From: Nemertoderma westbladi
Lineage: Eukaryota > Animalia > Xenacoelomorpha
Assembly (NCBI GenBank): GCA_032718475.1
Contig: JAUCBJ010005131.1
Coordinates: 1 to 49,838, forward strand
Reading direction: 5' to 3'
Length of the DNA: 49,838 bases
Part shown: in pieces, positions 24,328 to 36,476 of the stretch
Layout: each line of letters begins with the position of its first letter
Position numbering within the stretch: position 1 is the first letter of the stretch
Notes under the pieces: model-generated
What the model saw: only the letters and a program-made list of their open reading frames with translations
Database searches by the model: none
What the model was told of the DNA's origin: nothing
Translations under genes and position numbers: made by a program

Positions 24328-27300
24328 ATCTATTTATTGGCTTGTCATCACCTGTAAACTCATAGGACATGGGTACTCGTGTATACCAACCTAATATAGT
24401 CCTATGGGCATGTGGTCCATTTACATGCAGTTCAGCCGGTCTCGTTTCCCATATCTGGTGTGCGATCAGCTGTTCTGCACCAATCAACATAGAAACGTTC
24501 CTATAACCTACCTGGTGTCTTGGTACTCTGAGCTTGTCAAAATACTCCTGTGCTATGGGACTCATCGGCGGCACCTTACCTAACTGCCTGCCGAACCCCT
24601 TCATAGCTAGACACTTAAATCTGTCCAATGGCAAAGCTCTCCGTTCTTGTCGAGTATGTTGGTCTCTCGGAAGTAGGGAGTCTAGTTCTACCAAAATTCT
24701 GTGTCCCTTGAGGTCCCCTACCCCGTGCATAGACTTTAACTCTATTTGGATTTCCTCGGCGTCCTGGAAGCTAGAAACGGCTCTCGCCACTTCCTCGTCG
24801 ATATAAGATAATGTGGACGCAGTGTCCAACATCACATATATTCGCTTTGATCCCTTATCGCCAGTAAGTTTCACCGGAATCACGCTAAATATTTCCGACG
24901 TGGCCGATGATAAATACGTCCGCATGCTGGTCGATGAACTATCCGCGGTAAAACCTTGCCAGGTCACTTCTCTCGCGCTCGACTCGCCATCCTCGTCCGA
25001 CGAACCTGGTTGATAACCATCGTCCTGAATGCCAGTGTACGTATTTCTTCTTATCGATATGGGTTCTTTGCTCCCCTTCCTTTGAGGATTTCGCTGTAAG
25101 TAACAATCCATTGGAGTGTGGAAATCCGCATGCAGCAACTTGTGATGTAGTCTGCCGCATTCCATGCATCCGTCCCTGCTGTTTGGGCACTGCCGCCATA
25201 CATGACCTGGCACAAGACATGCCCAACAGGTGTCCAACGTCCGCACTTGAACACTTCTCTGTTCCGAATTTAATTCTTTGAACCGTCTGCAACTATCTAA
25301 CTTATGGTCATCAGATCTTACCTCCTTTAGTAAGCAATGTCCTAAGCATGTCCGTTATAGGTTGGATGTGCGGCAATATAGCTTGCGCTAAACTAGCACT
25401 TAACTCATCCCTTGTAATAAATTCCTGGCTAGGGTTCTGTTGTATTGTCGGCTCTATCTGAGTAATACGCTGTCTCTCATATGATCCGTCTTCTGGTTTA
25501 ACCCGAAAGTTCTCTGTCGAACTGGGTCAGCGTTCCGTCTGCGTATTCCAAACCCGCGGGTTCGGATCGCCCAATACTCTTCCCGTCGGAGTTTCTCCTC
25601 TAAACTCTTCATTGTCTCGTTCAGTGTGTAGTGGTGCGGTGTTCTGATGACGTAGATCCTGCGCGATAGGTGAAGCACTAATACCAACTGGCGTGCGATA
25701 TGTAGAGAACGGTTTAGCGATCCGAGTACTCGTAATAGCTGGGCCGGGTATAGGAATTCTGGTCGTCGTCGACTCGCGTATAGTCGGAGTTCTCGCTTCC
25801 TGTTCGGCCTTCTGCAGTGCGAACAGTTCTCGCAACTCGGTACCTACACTCGCCCCACATTCTTCGATCATTCGCATCCCTTTCTCAGCGATTTCATTCG
25901 CCTTCCTAGTCCTTTCTTCGCTCTCTAAATTTAGTCTCGCACTTTCCAACTGCGCCAGTTTATGTTCTTCTTCTTCCCTCGCTCGTCTCGCTGTGCTCTC
26001 TTCTTCCACACGCGCCTTTTCTTCATACAATGCGCGTCTTCTTTTCTCGATCTCGAGTTCGCGTTCCTTGCGTTCGCGTTCGAGTTGAAGCTCGCGTTCC
26101 TTCTGTTCATGTTCGAGTTCCTTGCGCTCGCGTTCGGCTTGAAGTTCGCGTTCTCTTTGTTCGCGTTCAAGTTGAAGTTCGCGTTCTCTTTGTTCGCGTT
26201 CGAGTTAAAGTTCGCGTTCTCTTTGTTCGCGTTCGAGTTCCTTGCGCTCGCGTTCGGCTTGAAGTTCGCGTTCTCTTTGCTCGCGTTCCGCTCGTTTGCG
26301 CTTACTTATGTCCTCCAACTCTCGTAGCTCCACGTCCAACTTACGTGTGCTCTCCCGTTCTCGTTCGGCTTCCTTCCGTGCTTCCGATGCACGCAAAACT
26401 TCCGCCTGCTGTTCGTCTAGTCGGCGTCTTCTCTCCTCTGCCGAGTTGTGAGAAACAAGGGATCTAGCGCATATAACTTTCCCTCGCGCGTGACTAACCT
26501 GGGAATCGCCACTGTCTCTAGATGCGTCGTCGGGTGGAGTCAACGTCCTCTGTTGGATATTGTCAGTCGTCGGTAGCACCTGACCAGGTACCACCACTCC
26601 ACTCTGTATCAGCCAGCTGGTAACTTCCCGCTGACACCTGCGCTCTTCTTTAGCCTGCGTCTCTTCCCGCTCCACTAAGTTTCTCAACTCTGCGTCACTC
26701 ACCTGAGTCGCCTGCGCTTGTGATGCCCATGGCAACCAGTTCTCCTCCCTAACTCGTCAAAATCGCTCCGATAACGCGCGGTGCTCTAGCAAGGCTGCTA
26801 AAACCCTGTCGTAAACCCTCGTCACCACGTCGCTAGACTGAGACTCCACTGCTCTCTTCGCTAGGACTGCAAGCTCCTCCGTCTGTTTGAATAACGCTGA
26901 GTTGTATCCCTTTCTAATCTCTACTAACCCTTCCCTTCCGATGTTACCAGAGTCGGCTAGCATCTTCCTTACCTTATCCGTCGTCCCGAGTTATATGTCC
27001 GGCATGCGCGCAAAGTTTCTTCTTTATCGCGATGTCTAGTTCTCTCTCGCTTACCTAACTCATACTTGGTGGACTTGAAGGATTATTTCGGGAACTACGG
27101 GTACTCCTTATAGCCACTGGGACCACGGCACTTACCATACACACAGGTCTGGAAACCGGGCTCTGGGCTCTCGCTTCTGCTACACTACCCTCCCTATCAC
27201 TCACCTCTGGTCGGGTTGATGTACAATCCTTCCTTACAGTAGCGGTAGGGGATCCTAATACTATTACCTCTGCTTGCACTTCCTCACTAGTTACTGTCTC

Positions 27301-29400
27301 ATCCTCCTGTTCACTTACGTCAACGTCACTCGCTGCGTCGTCATAGTCGGCATTGTCGTCAACAGTAATATTAACGCTATCGTCAGTCGGCGGTCCAGCC
27401 GCCGTCTCATAGCTGTCCTCTAGTGCCTCCTTCTCTGAGACACTCATAGTCTAAATAATATTTGCCTTCCGGCCAAAATCTCGCAAAAATTCGAGATATA
27501 TATAATTTAATCAAAAATACGGTTAAATTATTTGTCAAATAATTGGTTGGTCCCAAAATGTCAAATAAATTCGCAATACAATATTGCGAATTTAATAGGA
27601 TATAGTTGTAGCAAAATACCAGTATAATATTTAAACAAAATATTATTCTATAGCTATTATATAGCATTTAAATACCGGTATGACACAAAATAATTTCTAA
27701 ATCTAATACAAAATATTCAAAAATGAACTTGCCACCCAAATATTTCTAATTTTACATATATAGCTCTAATTAACGCAATTTTAATTTCAAATATTATATG
27801 TATCCACTAGCACGTGGCTACACCTTCGGGTTGCGACACTCTCTCTCTCTCTCTAACTGAGCGATCCAAAACATCATGGCTGGCTAATCCAAACTAACCT
27901 AACTAATAAATTAAGTTCAGTTTCGCAGTTAAACAACCGGTAATTTTTTACTGCTTCCACAAACGCAATGGTACCAACAGAACAACCAACCTTGTTTGCT
28001 GTGAGATTCCACGTCCGCGTCCAAAGTTTCAGTCTTATCGCTGATTGCAAACCGAACCCGCAGGCCCACACAAACCCCAAACTCAGAAGCTACGTCTCGC
28101 CATGTATCTCCAGATGGTATAAAACAACTAAGCGGTTATCTAACATACCGGTACAAAACTCTAGATTTTATTTCAAAATAATTTTGACCAAAACTGAATT
28201 CTCACAAACCTAGCTAAAATTTTCAAAAACTTACTAATTACAGCTTGCCCTAATGGCCTAATGAACTGCTGTATTTGCGATTAGTGAACAAATGTTACTT
28301 CCCACTGTTGCATAGCAACAGTAAAAAATAAAAGTAAAAAATGGTTCTTACTGTTAAACAGGGGCGATCAGGAGCGCGTTATTACTGCCGCACTGCTGCT
28401 AAAAACAAAACTGCTTCTCACCGCTGGATGGTGCTAACCTGGCCGTCCGCTAATATTTTTACTAATTTTATACGGCTCCTGCAAATCGCTTGTTCCTTTC
28501 TCTGTTGATTGCTCAACAGAGAGCTAACTGTTCGAATCTATGAGCCACGCGGGAATAACCAAAACAATAAACCCGAATTGGCTCCCTAAGCTACTTAAAA
28601 CGAGTGCGGGTGACCTAGCACTCGGAGTTCACTTATCGCAAAATACTTGAATTCACTGGGTAGAACACATCGAATGTGAGAATATTTTAATATTAAAGGG
28701 GATAGATCTGTTACTTTCCAAGGTGCTGAAACTTGGCTTTTGGCTGGCTTTAGACCAGCAAACTTACTACTGCTGTACTGTATACTGGACACTGCTGTCA
28801 GCCCGTTGCCCCGCTATTTTCAAATAACCGCCTAGCGTGAATAGTCTACAGTATTCTAAAACAATTACTTAAACTACTCTCCGCTATGCTGCGTACAAAT
28901 TCTTATTTTATTTTATCGCTAAATTAATTACAGTCATAAATACAAATTCACATACTAATTACTAGATTTTCCAGAATACGTACTTCTAATTTATTACGTA
29001 CTGGGGCTTATACTAGCAACAGTCTAAATGCGGTATTATTTTGACCTAATTAGCAATTAATAAGCATAAACTAAGAAATGGAAATCAATCAAGGGAAACA
29101 GCGCCTATCTAAGCATTCACATTTAAGAATCAGGCACTCTTTAGCAACACAACACAAATAGCGTAGCAATTAGCTAGTAGTACGGCAGATAGCGCTAACT
29201 ACACCAATCAGCTGCTAGTGCACTAAATACCCGTACATTAGTACATCAGTATACCAGTATTAGTCATCCAATCAGTCAGTCAGTCAGGGTAAGAACCACA
29301 GGTCACCCAAAGCCACACATGGGACTCCTAACTAAACCCAAATTCTGCCCCCCTAAAACTACAAAGTAGAGACGGAAATCTGGATCGTCAGCCCCCTAAT
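24328..29400 (-). mobile_element. Bel/Pao element A' (relative of A): 5' UTR, gag, Zn knuckles, protease; truncated
   Basis: 27055-27447, 26757-26963, 26205-26735 and 25527-26030 are homologous to A gag ORFs; 24326-25246 has CWACLVPGH..CMECGRLHHKLLH and VMLDTAS; 27460-27600 matches 1-150. Confidence 0.9.
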
Positions 29401-31030
29401 ACTGTAACAGCGGCTGGTCCCCGGTCCTCAACTGACTAACCCCGACCGCAACGGTGGCCCCCTGCCAGCGTCGCCCCGCTTTGGATCCTCTGCACTCCCT
29501 TCCGTCGCTTCCTCCCGATGCGCCCGCCGCGCCTACCGGTACCTTAGCCCTCCATTATAATGAATAGCTACCGTAGTGGCACATGCAATCACAAACAGTC
29601 TGACAGATAGTCTAAAGAAATCCTGTGGGATTATCACATCTTAAATCACATAGGAATTAATAATCAAAAGTAGAAATCATAATTCAAGGTTGTAATTTGC
29701 AGTAATTGATCGGAAATTGAGTGAGATAAAGATAGACGAAAGATTAACAATTAACAAAAAAAAAGAAACCAGAAACAAACTACAATACTGCCACTGGTAC
29801 TGCTGTAACAACTGAGATAAAGATGCACATACCGGAAATACAGCCAATTTATAGGTGATGCAACAGGGATGATGCAATATTCCTCTCATTGGTTCCCCAA
29901 TCCGCCCCACCATCAGACCAACCTGGAAGCAGTTAGGCCAATAAGGAAGCCGGATTGTGAACCTCATGGCTCCCACGCAAATTATTACCATATATGGTAG
30001 TGGATCACGTCCCTGGATGCTGAATGGTTAGGATTGCGTCCCTGGATGCTGGCCCTAACATTAATTTCGCGATATTTAATGTACACTAAGCACAATCTAA
30101 TATAAAGCTAATTTAAAAGACAAATACAATGAAATCAATGCAATACACGATTAGTTTGATTAATACCAATAACAGCAAGCTTGCATCAAGGTTTTTATAG
30201 GAAACTTGCTACCGTAAAAGCTATTTATTTATGTTTTATTACAAAATTACGTACGTAGGGCTACATACTGTATAAAATGGATAAATTCAAAAATATGGGC
30301 GTTTTATTTTCCTTATCTAAATACTGTTGCGCGTCATTGTGCTTATCTAAATAAAAATACTGCATAACGGCTAATATATTATACTGTATAACGCTAATAA
30401 TTATACTGTATAACGCTAATATTTATACTGTATAATACGGCTACAGCGCCATATATCGCAACATTATGCTTATTAATTGCTGTTAGGTCAAAATAATACA
30501 GTATTTAGGCTGTTGCTAGTATAACTCAGTAATGTAATAAATTAGTAATACGTATTCTGGAATACTTAGTAATTAGTATGCAACTCTGTATTTTTTGAGA
30601 CACTGTAATTTATTACCATTTAGAATAAAAAATTTAAGAACTTGTACGCTGCATAGTGGAGAATAGTTGGGTAAATTACGCTTAGATATACCTTAGAATA
30701 TTCAACGGTGCGTTACTAGGCGGTTATTTGAAAATAGCGGGTAGCGCAGTAGTAAGATCGCTGGCTTAAACCAGCGCAAGACCAAGTTTTGACATTAGGG
30801 CAAATTAATATCCTATTTGGTTACAATATTAAAATATTCTCACATTCGACATTGTTTTGACCAGTAACTGCTTGTATTTCTCTGTGGTAAGTGAACGCCA
30901 TGTGCAAACCACCCGAACTCATATTAAGTAGCTTAAGTAGCCATTTCAGATTTATTGTTTTGGTTATTGCTGTTTGGCTTATAAATTCGAACAGTTAGCT
31001 CTCTGTTGAGAAATAAACAGAGAAAGGAGC
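28490..31030. repeat. Diverged inverted repeat, arms ~28490-29065 and ~30470-31030 (two related 5' UTRs head to head)
   Basis: e.g. ctcaacagagagctaactgttcgaat vs attcgaacagttagctctctgttgag; cgctattttcaaataaccgcctag vs ctaggcggttatttgaaaatagcg. Confidence 0.8.
29403..30060. repeat. Possible LTR, or two opposed LTR ends, between the inverted 5' UTRs
   Basis: TGTAACAGCGG...CCTAACA boundaries resemble other LTR termini here; no second copy in the window. Confidence 0.3.
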
Positions 31031-31139
31031 GTGTGATTGACAGAGCCATACATAGTTTGCATAGTAAACGGTCACGCTATATAGTCCAACAGTAAAAAGG
31101 GTTTTGTTTGCTGTATCATTCAACAAATACCCTATCGTT

Positions 31140-31930
31140 ATTGAGGAGCTTTTCACCATCAACTGCCACAGGACAGCACACATTGATAACACAGGTGCAT
31201 GAGGGTAGCTTGGAAGCCCTCCATGAAGAGGCATCACCCTCAGACAGAGCCAGGCTCAACAGTGTCTCCAACCCAATCTCCGGCTGCTGGCTGGATGCCA
31301 TACCTTAACAGGCCTTGGGGTCCGGATTGCTTTTGCGTTCTGACTTGGCTGTCGTGTAACCGAGCCTCACCCCTGCACCCATTGTGGGTCTTCCGTTGCA
31401 GCTAATGGGCTCCATGGCCTTTCCTGCCAATGGAGCGCTGGATGTTTTCCCAGGCACACCAATGAAATTGTAAAGCGTGCTCTCACTACCTGCGACATCC
31501 CAACGATGCTGGAGCCCCCGGGTCTGTGCCGCATTAATGGCAAAAGAGTCGATGGAGTGACCCTAGTACCCTGGTCTAGAGGAAGAACACTAACGTGGAA
31601 TGCAACTGTGGTGGGCCCCCTGGCAGCCAGCCATACATCGCATACACTCTCTTCTGGTGGAGGGAGTGCAGCCAAGGAAGCGGAGGTCCGGAAGAAGAAG
31701 AAGTATGGTGAACTGATGGATATAGGCTACCTGTTACGTCCAGTAGCCTTTGGAACGATGGGCCGGGCATGACATGAAACATAAGAGTTCCTGGCAGAGA
31801 TAGGGTCGAGTCTGAGAGATTCAACCAAAGAGCTTCGCTCCCACTTGTTCCTCCTGCAGAGGTTGCTGGTTGCAATCCAGATGGGTAATATGGCATCCAT
31901 CCTTGGTACCATCAGTGAGGCGGGGGAAGG
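31140..31930 (+). mobile_element. CRE-clade non-LTR retrotransposon 3' fragment (Zn finger + restriction-like endonuclease)
   Basis: SGCWLDAIP, CTHCG..HGLSC, RH.NEIVKRAL, LEPPGL..GKRVDGVTLVPWSRGRTLTWNATVV, AEVRKKKKY, QRLLVAIQMGNMASILGT. Confidence 0.8.
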
Positions 31931-32379
31931 ACTGATGGATCTTCTAGGAAGATTCGCATTTAATATTTGTGATCGCTGTTGACTCTAATTGTTATATTAT
32001 TATCTTATTACCATTATATTTAACTACAGATATAATTTACCTGTAATTTGATTATTATACAGCAAAATTTTCAAATATGTGATATGATATGGTATTATTA
32101 TAATTCAAATATAAGATCATTTCAAGTTAAAATTTATATTTATATTTTATATTTATATTTAAATGCAGATTAGATTATCAGCAAAGAGTCACTGGAGGTT
32201 GCATTGAAGGACTTTGTGAAATGACCAAGGTTATCTCTATACGTTTCTATAAATTTGGAGGATTACAAGATTCAAGACAAATTGTGCTGCATAATGATAG
32301 GTTGTTACATCTATTATACATTAATTATGATTGCAGTAATAAATTATTGTAATAGTTTTATTAATTTAAACGTTAAGGG

Positions 32380-32880
32380 CACCCAAAAATGATACTTCTA
32401 ATTTTCTCAAGGCATCCACAATTTACACATAACTGCAGTGATCAATTTAGGGGATGTTGAAACTCTAATAATATGAGTTCAGTGATTAGTTCTCGAGTTG
32501 TTGTACAAAACGTCTGGACTGAGTCAGCTCAATATAAGGTCATTAATTGGTGGACCTAACCTTGACATTTTGTACAATAACTCGAAAACTAATCACTCAA
32601 TTAATATTTTTAGAGTGTCAACATCCCCTAAATTGATCATTGCAGTTATGTGGGGATTGTGGTTGCATTGAGAAAATTAGAATTATAATTTTTAGTGTAT
32701 TTGTCAATACCGCATCAAGGAGCTAATGTTGACTTGTACCGGACTTCACATATTCTGCAATATCTCAAAAACTACTCGCTCTATGCTTGTTTTGAAGGTG
32801 TCTACACCAACTAAATCGGTCATTGCGGTTCTAATGAGCATAATATCAATGCGGTAGGAATACTAGAAGTTGATCATCAC
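32380..32880. mobile_element. Foldback/palindromic DNA element fragment
   Basis: 32380-32514 pairs with 32564-32698; 32700-32880 resembles 37140-37340. Confidence 0.7.
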
Positions 32881-33893
32881 AATAATTGGGAATATGACTC
32901 ACTAGTGGCTAGGGCGGGAACTGGACGACGTCCAGTGCAGGGGTCAAACATGATTTTTAGGAGTTAAAATTGCGTTTTTACAAAGTTTTACGACCCAAGG
33001 CCACTTTTTATCAATGAGAAAATCTAGATATCCAAAAAAAGTATAAATCGACCTACCCTAACCCATAGGGACACTTCTGTATAAATGTAGGAAGATTTCT
33101 GAATGTGAATTCAGACATTCAGGATTCAGAATACAGGCATTCAGAAAACTTTTGTTCTACGATAGTTTGAAAATATTAATTAGGGCCTCTGTGGCACAAG
33201 TTTTAAATTATTCCGTTTCATCGAGTAATCAATTTTGCTGGTTTTACAAATTTTATCAACTGTGTTTGTTGATTGTGGAATAAAAACATGCACAATTGTT
33301 ATTCTAGTTTCACGCAAATGATAACAATATAATAATAATAATAGTGTATACAATTGCATTAATCTGACATACAGACTACTTGGCGCCTACTGCAAATATT
33401 ATTACGTATATTACTGCCAGAAATTTTACTGTACATAATTTATTGAATATACCAGTTGGAGAGGAAAATGGCGAACAACGAAGTCTCCACGCTTCTATAT
33501 TACTTTCAATCGATTCAGCGGCCCAGAAAACCTATAAAGATACGTTGAAATAAAAATTTAGGGGCATTTTCTGAATATTTAATTTTTCAAAATTTGAAGT
33601 GCCATGCCCACTTCTTAGGAGCACGAAAAATAGCATCCACTTCAATTTTTGGAAATGGAATATGATCATTTTCGATTCAGCGTCTTGAAAAACCTACTAA
33701 ATCTAGCCAACACTGCCACACTATTAGTTTTTAGACAACGAAAAATTTTGTAATTTTGTCCTGGGACTACTTTTATATTTCATCAAAATTATGATTCCCT
33801 GCTTATGAAATTTTAACTTTTTAAGGTTTGGTAGTGTTCATCTATAGTTGTTTCACCAACAGCCCAAATTTTGTAGGATTTCATTGGATGATT

Positions 33894-34238
33894 TGTGACG
33901 GGATCAAGGGAACCCGACCGGGTTTAATTCTTACTCGTCACGACAGGCTGATGGTGGTTGGTAGAAAGGGTTTTAGTCTGATGTTCCTTCGTCAATGTAA
34001 TATGATATAATATAAAGTAATGATAGCAACAGACGTTTTGACCGGTAACAAAATTTATAATATAAGAGGCAGTACTGCAGTGACGGTAGAACTATATTGC
34101 CAGCCTGCACTGAAACTGACCACTGAGTAAACTGAGTCACGGGCCGGTAGCAAATAGATAATATATATCACACACAGATATTACTCTACCGCTACATTAC
34201 TGTGGCCTTTTACCCAGTGGATGCCCTCCTTCGCCCCT
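33894..34238 (-). repeat. Partial 3' LTR of C
   Basis: Highly similar to 37927-38271; diverges abruptly after cttcgcccct. Confidence 0.88.
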
Positions 34239-34918
34239 GTCGACTGTTTTGGCGATCCTTCTGTCCATCCCAACTCCCGCCCCAGAGACTCGCCCGAGCT
34301 CCCTAATCCCCACTGTAAATCGTCCAAGGCCGGGGCCTCGAACCCGTAGCCCTCTCCTCTAGCTTCTGCCTCTCTTTCGTCTGCCTCCCTCCTTTCTCGT
34401 CTGGCAATTTCTTCCAATTGCTTCTCCTCCAGTCTATCCGCCTCCAGCTTCTCCCACCTCTGATATGGTGTATCCACCTCCCTGTCTACTAGATATCGGC
34501 AGCTGTAGTATACCGACTCGCCTTTCAGCACCGTGTGTTCTGCCAGACCCTCGAAGGCCACTTTGAAGGCTCTTCTGTAGTTCAGGGGTGATCCTGATAG
34601 CAGAAACGCCGTTCGCTTTCTTCCGATAACCACGGCCATGAATAGGTTTAGTAAACCTATCATTATCCAATCCTCCTGCAGGATATATCGCTTCTGATAT
34701 ATCTTTATCGCTCCTTTCCGGAATTGATACACCTCCTGTTTCCCTGGCCTCGCTCCCCACTTCAGCGAGTTTGCCAACTCTGCTCCGTACTCCTCCCTGA
34801 ATTTACCCCAGTCCATCGGCTTGTGGCAAACGAGCCCCATTAGCTGGCCCATTGCCACTGCTCCGCAATGTCCTGTGTTCTCTACAAATCCCAACCCGGC
34901 TGGCCCTGTCATAGCCAT
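34181..34918 (-). CDS. Unknown 245-aa ORF in the 3' region of C (probably the C-terminal part of a frameshifted ~400-aa accessory gene)
   Basis: Long, protein-like ORF with no gag, pol or env motifs; last ~19 codons run into the LTR. Confidence 0.55.
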   Translation of the reverse strand: MAMTGPAGLGFVENTGHCGAVAMGQLMGLVCHKPMDWGKFREEYGAELANSLKWGARPGKQEVYQFRKGAIKIYQKRYILQEDWIMIGLLNLFMAVVIGRKRTAFLLSGSPLNYRRAFKVAFEGLAEHTVLKGESVYYSCRYLVDREVDTPYQRWEKLEADRLEEKQLEEIARRERREADEREAEARGEGYGFEAPALDDLQWGLGSSGESLGRELGWTEGSPKQSTGAKEGIHWVKGHSNVAVE

Positions 34919-35390
34919 GTAGACCGTTTACATGTCCAACCGACCCCGCCGACCCTCTCCTCGAACCCTCGTCATCTTCCACGGTCCCTTCGTCGTCTAG
35001 GACCATGTATCCTCCCCTGCTGACGGACTCTACGAACCTCTTCCAGTCCTTCCTTGGTGGTTCCCTCGGATACTTCGGTATCCCGAACTTCGCCTCATCT
35101 CCCTTCACCACGTAGTGGAAATGCTCGAGGATCCCGTTGTCTAGCGACGGCGTCCCGTAGGTCCCGACCAGCCGCCTCTCGTGCACCTCCCTGAAATGGT
35201 CCTGCAGTGCTCGCGCCTTGTGACCATTCTCTAACCGCTCGTAGTATCCCCTCATCTTCTCCTCCGGATGCCTCTGAGTGAAAGCCACTAGTATATCCTT
35301 TCCACCTATTTCCGCCTTTCTCTTTCTGACAAGTCTCTCTGCCATTTCGAACGCTCCCGATCGCTCACCTACAAGGTGGTGCCTTACCAA
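34803..35390 (-). CDS. Unknown 195-aa ORF (N-terminal part of the same accessory gene)
   Basis: Overlaps 34181-34918 in another frame; non-ATG start; frame appears coding-like upstream past one stop to ~35460. Confidence 0.5.
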   Translation of the reverse strand: MVRHHLVGERSGAFEMAERLVRKRKAEIGGKDILVAFTQRHPEEKMRGYYERLENGHKARALQDHFREVHERRLVGTYGTPSLDNGILEHFHYVVKGDEAKFGIPKYPREPPRKDWKRFVESVSRGGYMVLDDEGTVEDDEGSRRGSAGSVGHVNGLHGYDRASRVGICREHRTLRSSGNGPANGARLPQADGLG

Positions 35391-35774
35391 GGCTCAATAT
35401 AGGTGAGTGATGTAGTTAGGATGGTCTGTGAGGTCCGATAATGGCCTATCGCTCTCAGAACACTAGGTTTTTATGCTATATTTGCCTATCTACCCCCCAA
35501 AGTGCTAAATTTCCCTAAATTCCCTAAATCTGTCAGTTACTTTTAATATGTTCTAGAATTTTCTGCCTACTGTTACTATAATTTGTTGAATTTTAATTTA
35601 AATATAATTTTTAATTCTATTACTGTGCTATTGTGGGAGTGCTAGAGAGTCGTCCCTCTAGCCTTCCAACTTCTTATATTATATCAAAAGGTTATATATA
35701 TAATGATATTGTGTAATGAAACAATATAGGCCATTAGGTACCGGTAGGTATGTGACAGCAGTATATATATATAA

Positions 35775-36476
35775 CTCAATGTTGATCTAGTTGCTAGGAA
35801 ACCCCCGCAGTTGCCACAGAGATCAACCAAGGAAAAACACGGGTTATCAGTGACCATTAGCCCCGAAGGGGCAGTCCGCTACACCACCCCCCCTAGTGAT
35901 AAACCCAAGGTGTTTTGGTTCCTGTAAAACACGTGCGTGGGCTGTTGTGAAACGCGTCCAGATCGAGTTGTTATGGCGGGTCGCGGTTGAACAGTTTGTT
36001 CCAGTGTACAGGGTGGGTTTTGGGTGGTGGTATCCACCAGGGTGGGTGTGTCGTCCACGAAAGCTTGTTTCAGGCGGTTGACAGAGACGTTGGTCGAGCG
36101 ACCGTTGACAGACAGTGTGTAAAACTTGTCCGCCCATGCCAGAACGCGGAAGGGGCCGTCGTACTGACACTGCAGAGGGCCTTTGTGGGCGTCATGGCGG
36201 ACAAAGACGTTGTCCGTTCGCAGCAGGTCAGACGGGACGTGTGTGTGGCGGTGTTCCTGGCCATGGCTGGTCGTTGGTGTGGCGCGAAGGCGGCACATCG
36301 AGTTCCTGAGGCCAGTGATAAACTCGCCGTGGTTGGGACGAGTGTCGCTCGAGAGTTCGGAGGATGAGAAGAACTCTCCGGGGAGGCGAATCGTTGTCCC
36401 GTATAGGAGTTCGGCTGATGTGCAGCCGAGGTCTTCTTTCGGGGTAGTACGTATCCCGAGGAGGACGATCGGGAGT
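35775..36476 (-). mobile_element. Ty3/Gypsy (CsRn1-like) integrase C-terminus + PPT + start of 3' LTR
   Basis: LPIVLLGIRTTPKEDLGCTSAELLYGTTIRLPGEFF...VFVRHD...YDGPFRVL..VSVNRLK (GPY/F); PPT agggggggtgg then TGTAGCGG at 35883. Confidence 0.88.

Noticed and set aside
25962-26467. Hydrophobic or Arg/Val-rich ORFs (also 1213-1547, 19117-19512)
   Set aside because: Antisense shadows of gag coiled-coil repeats.
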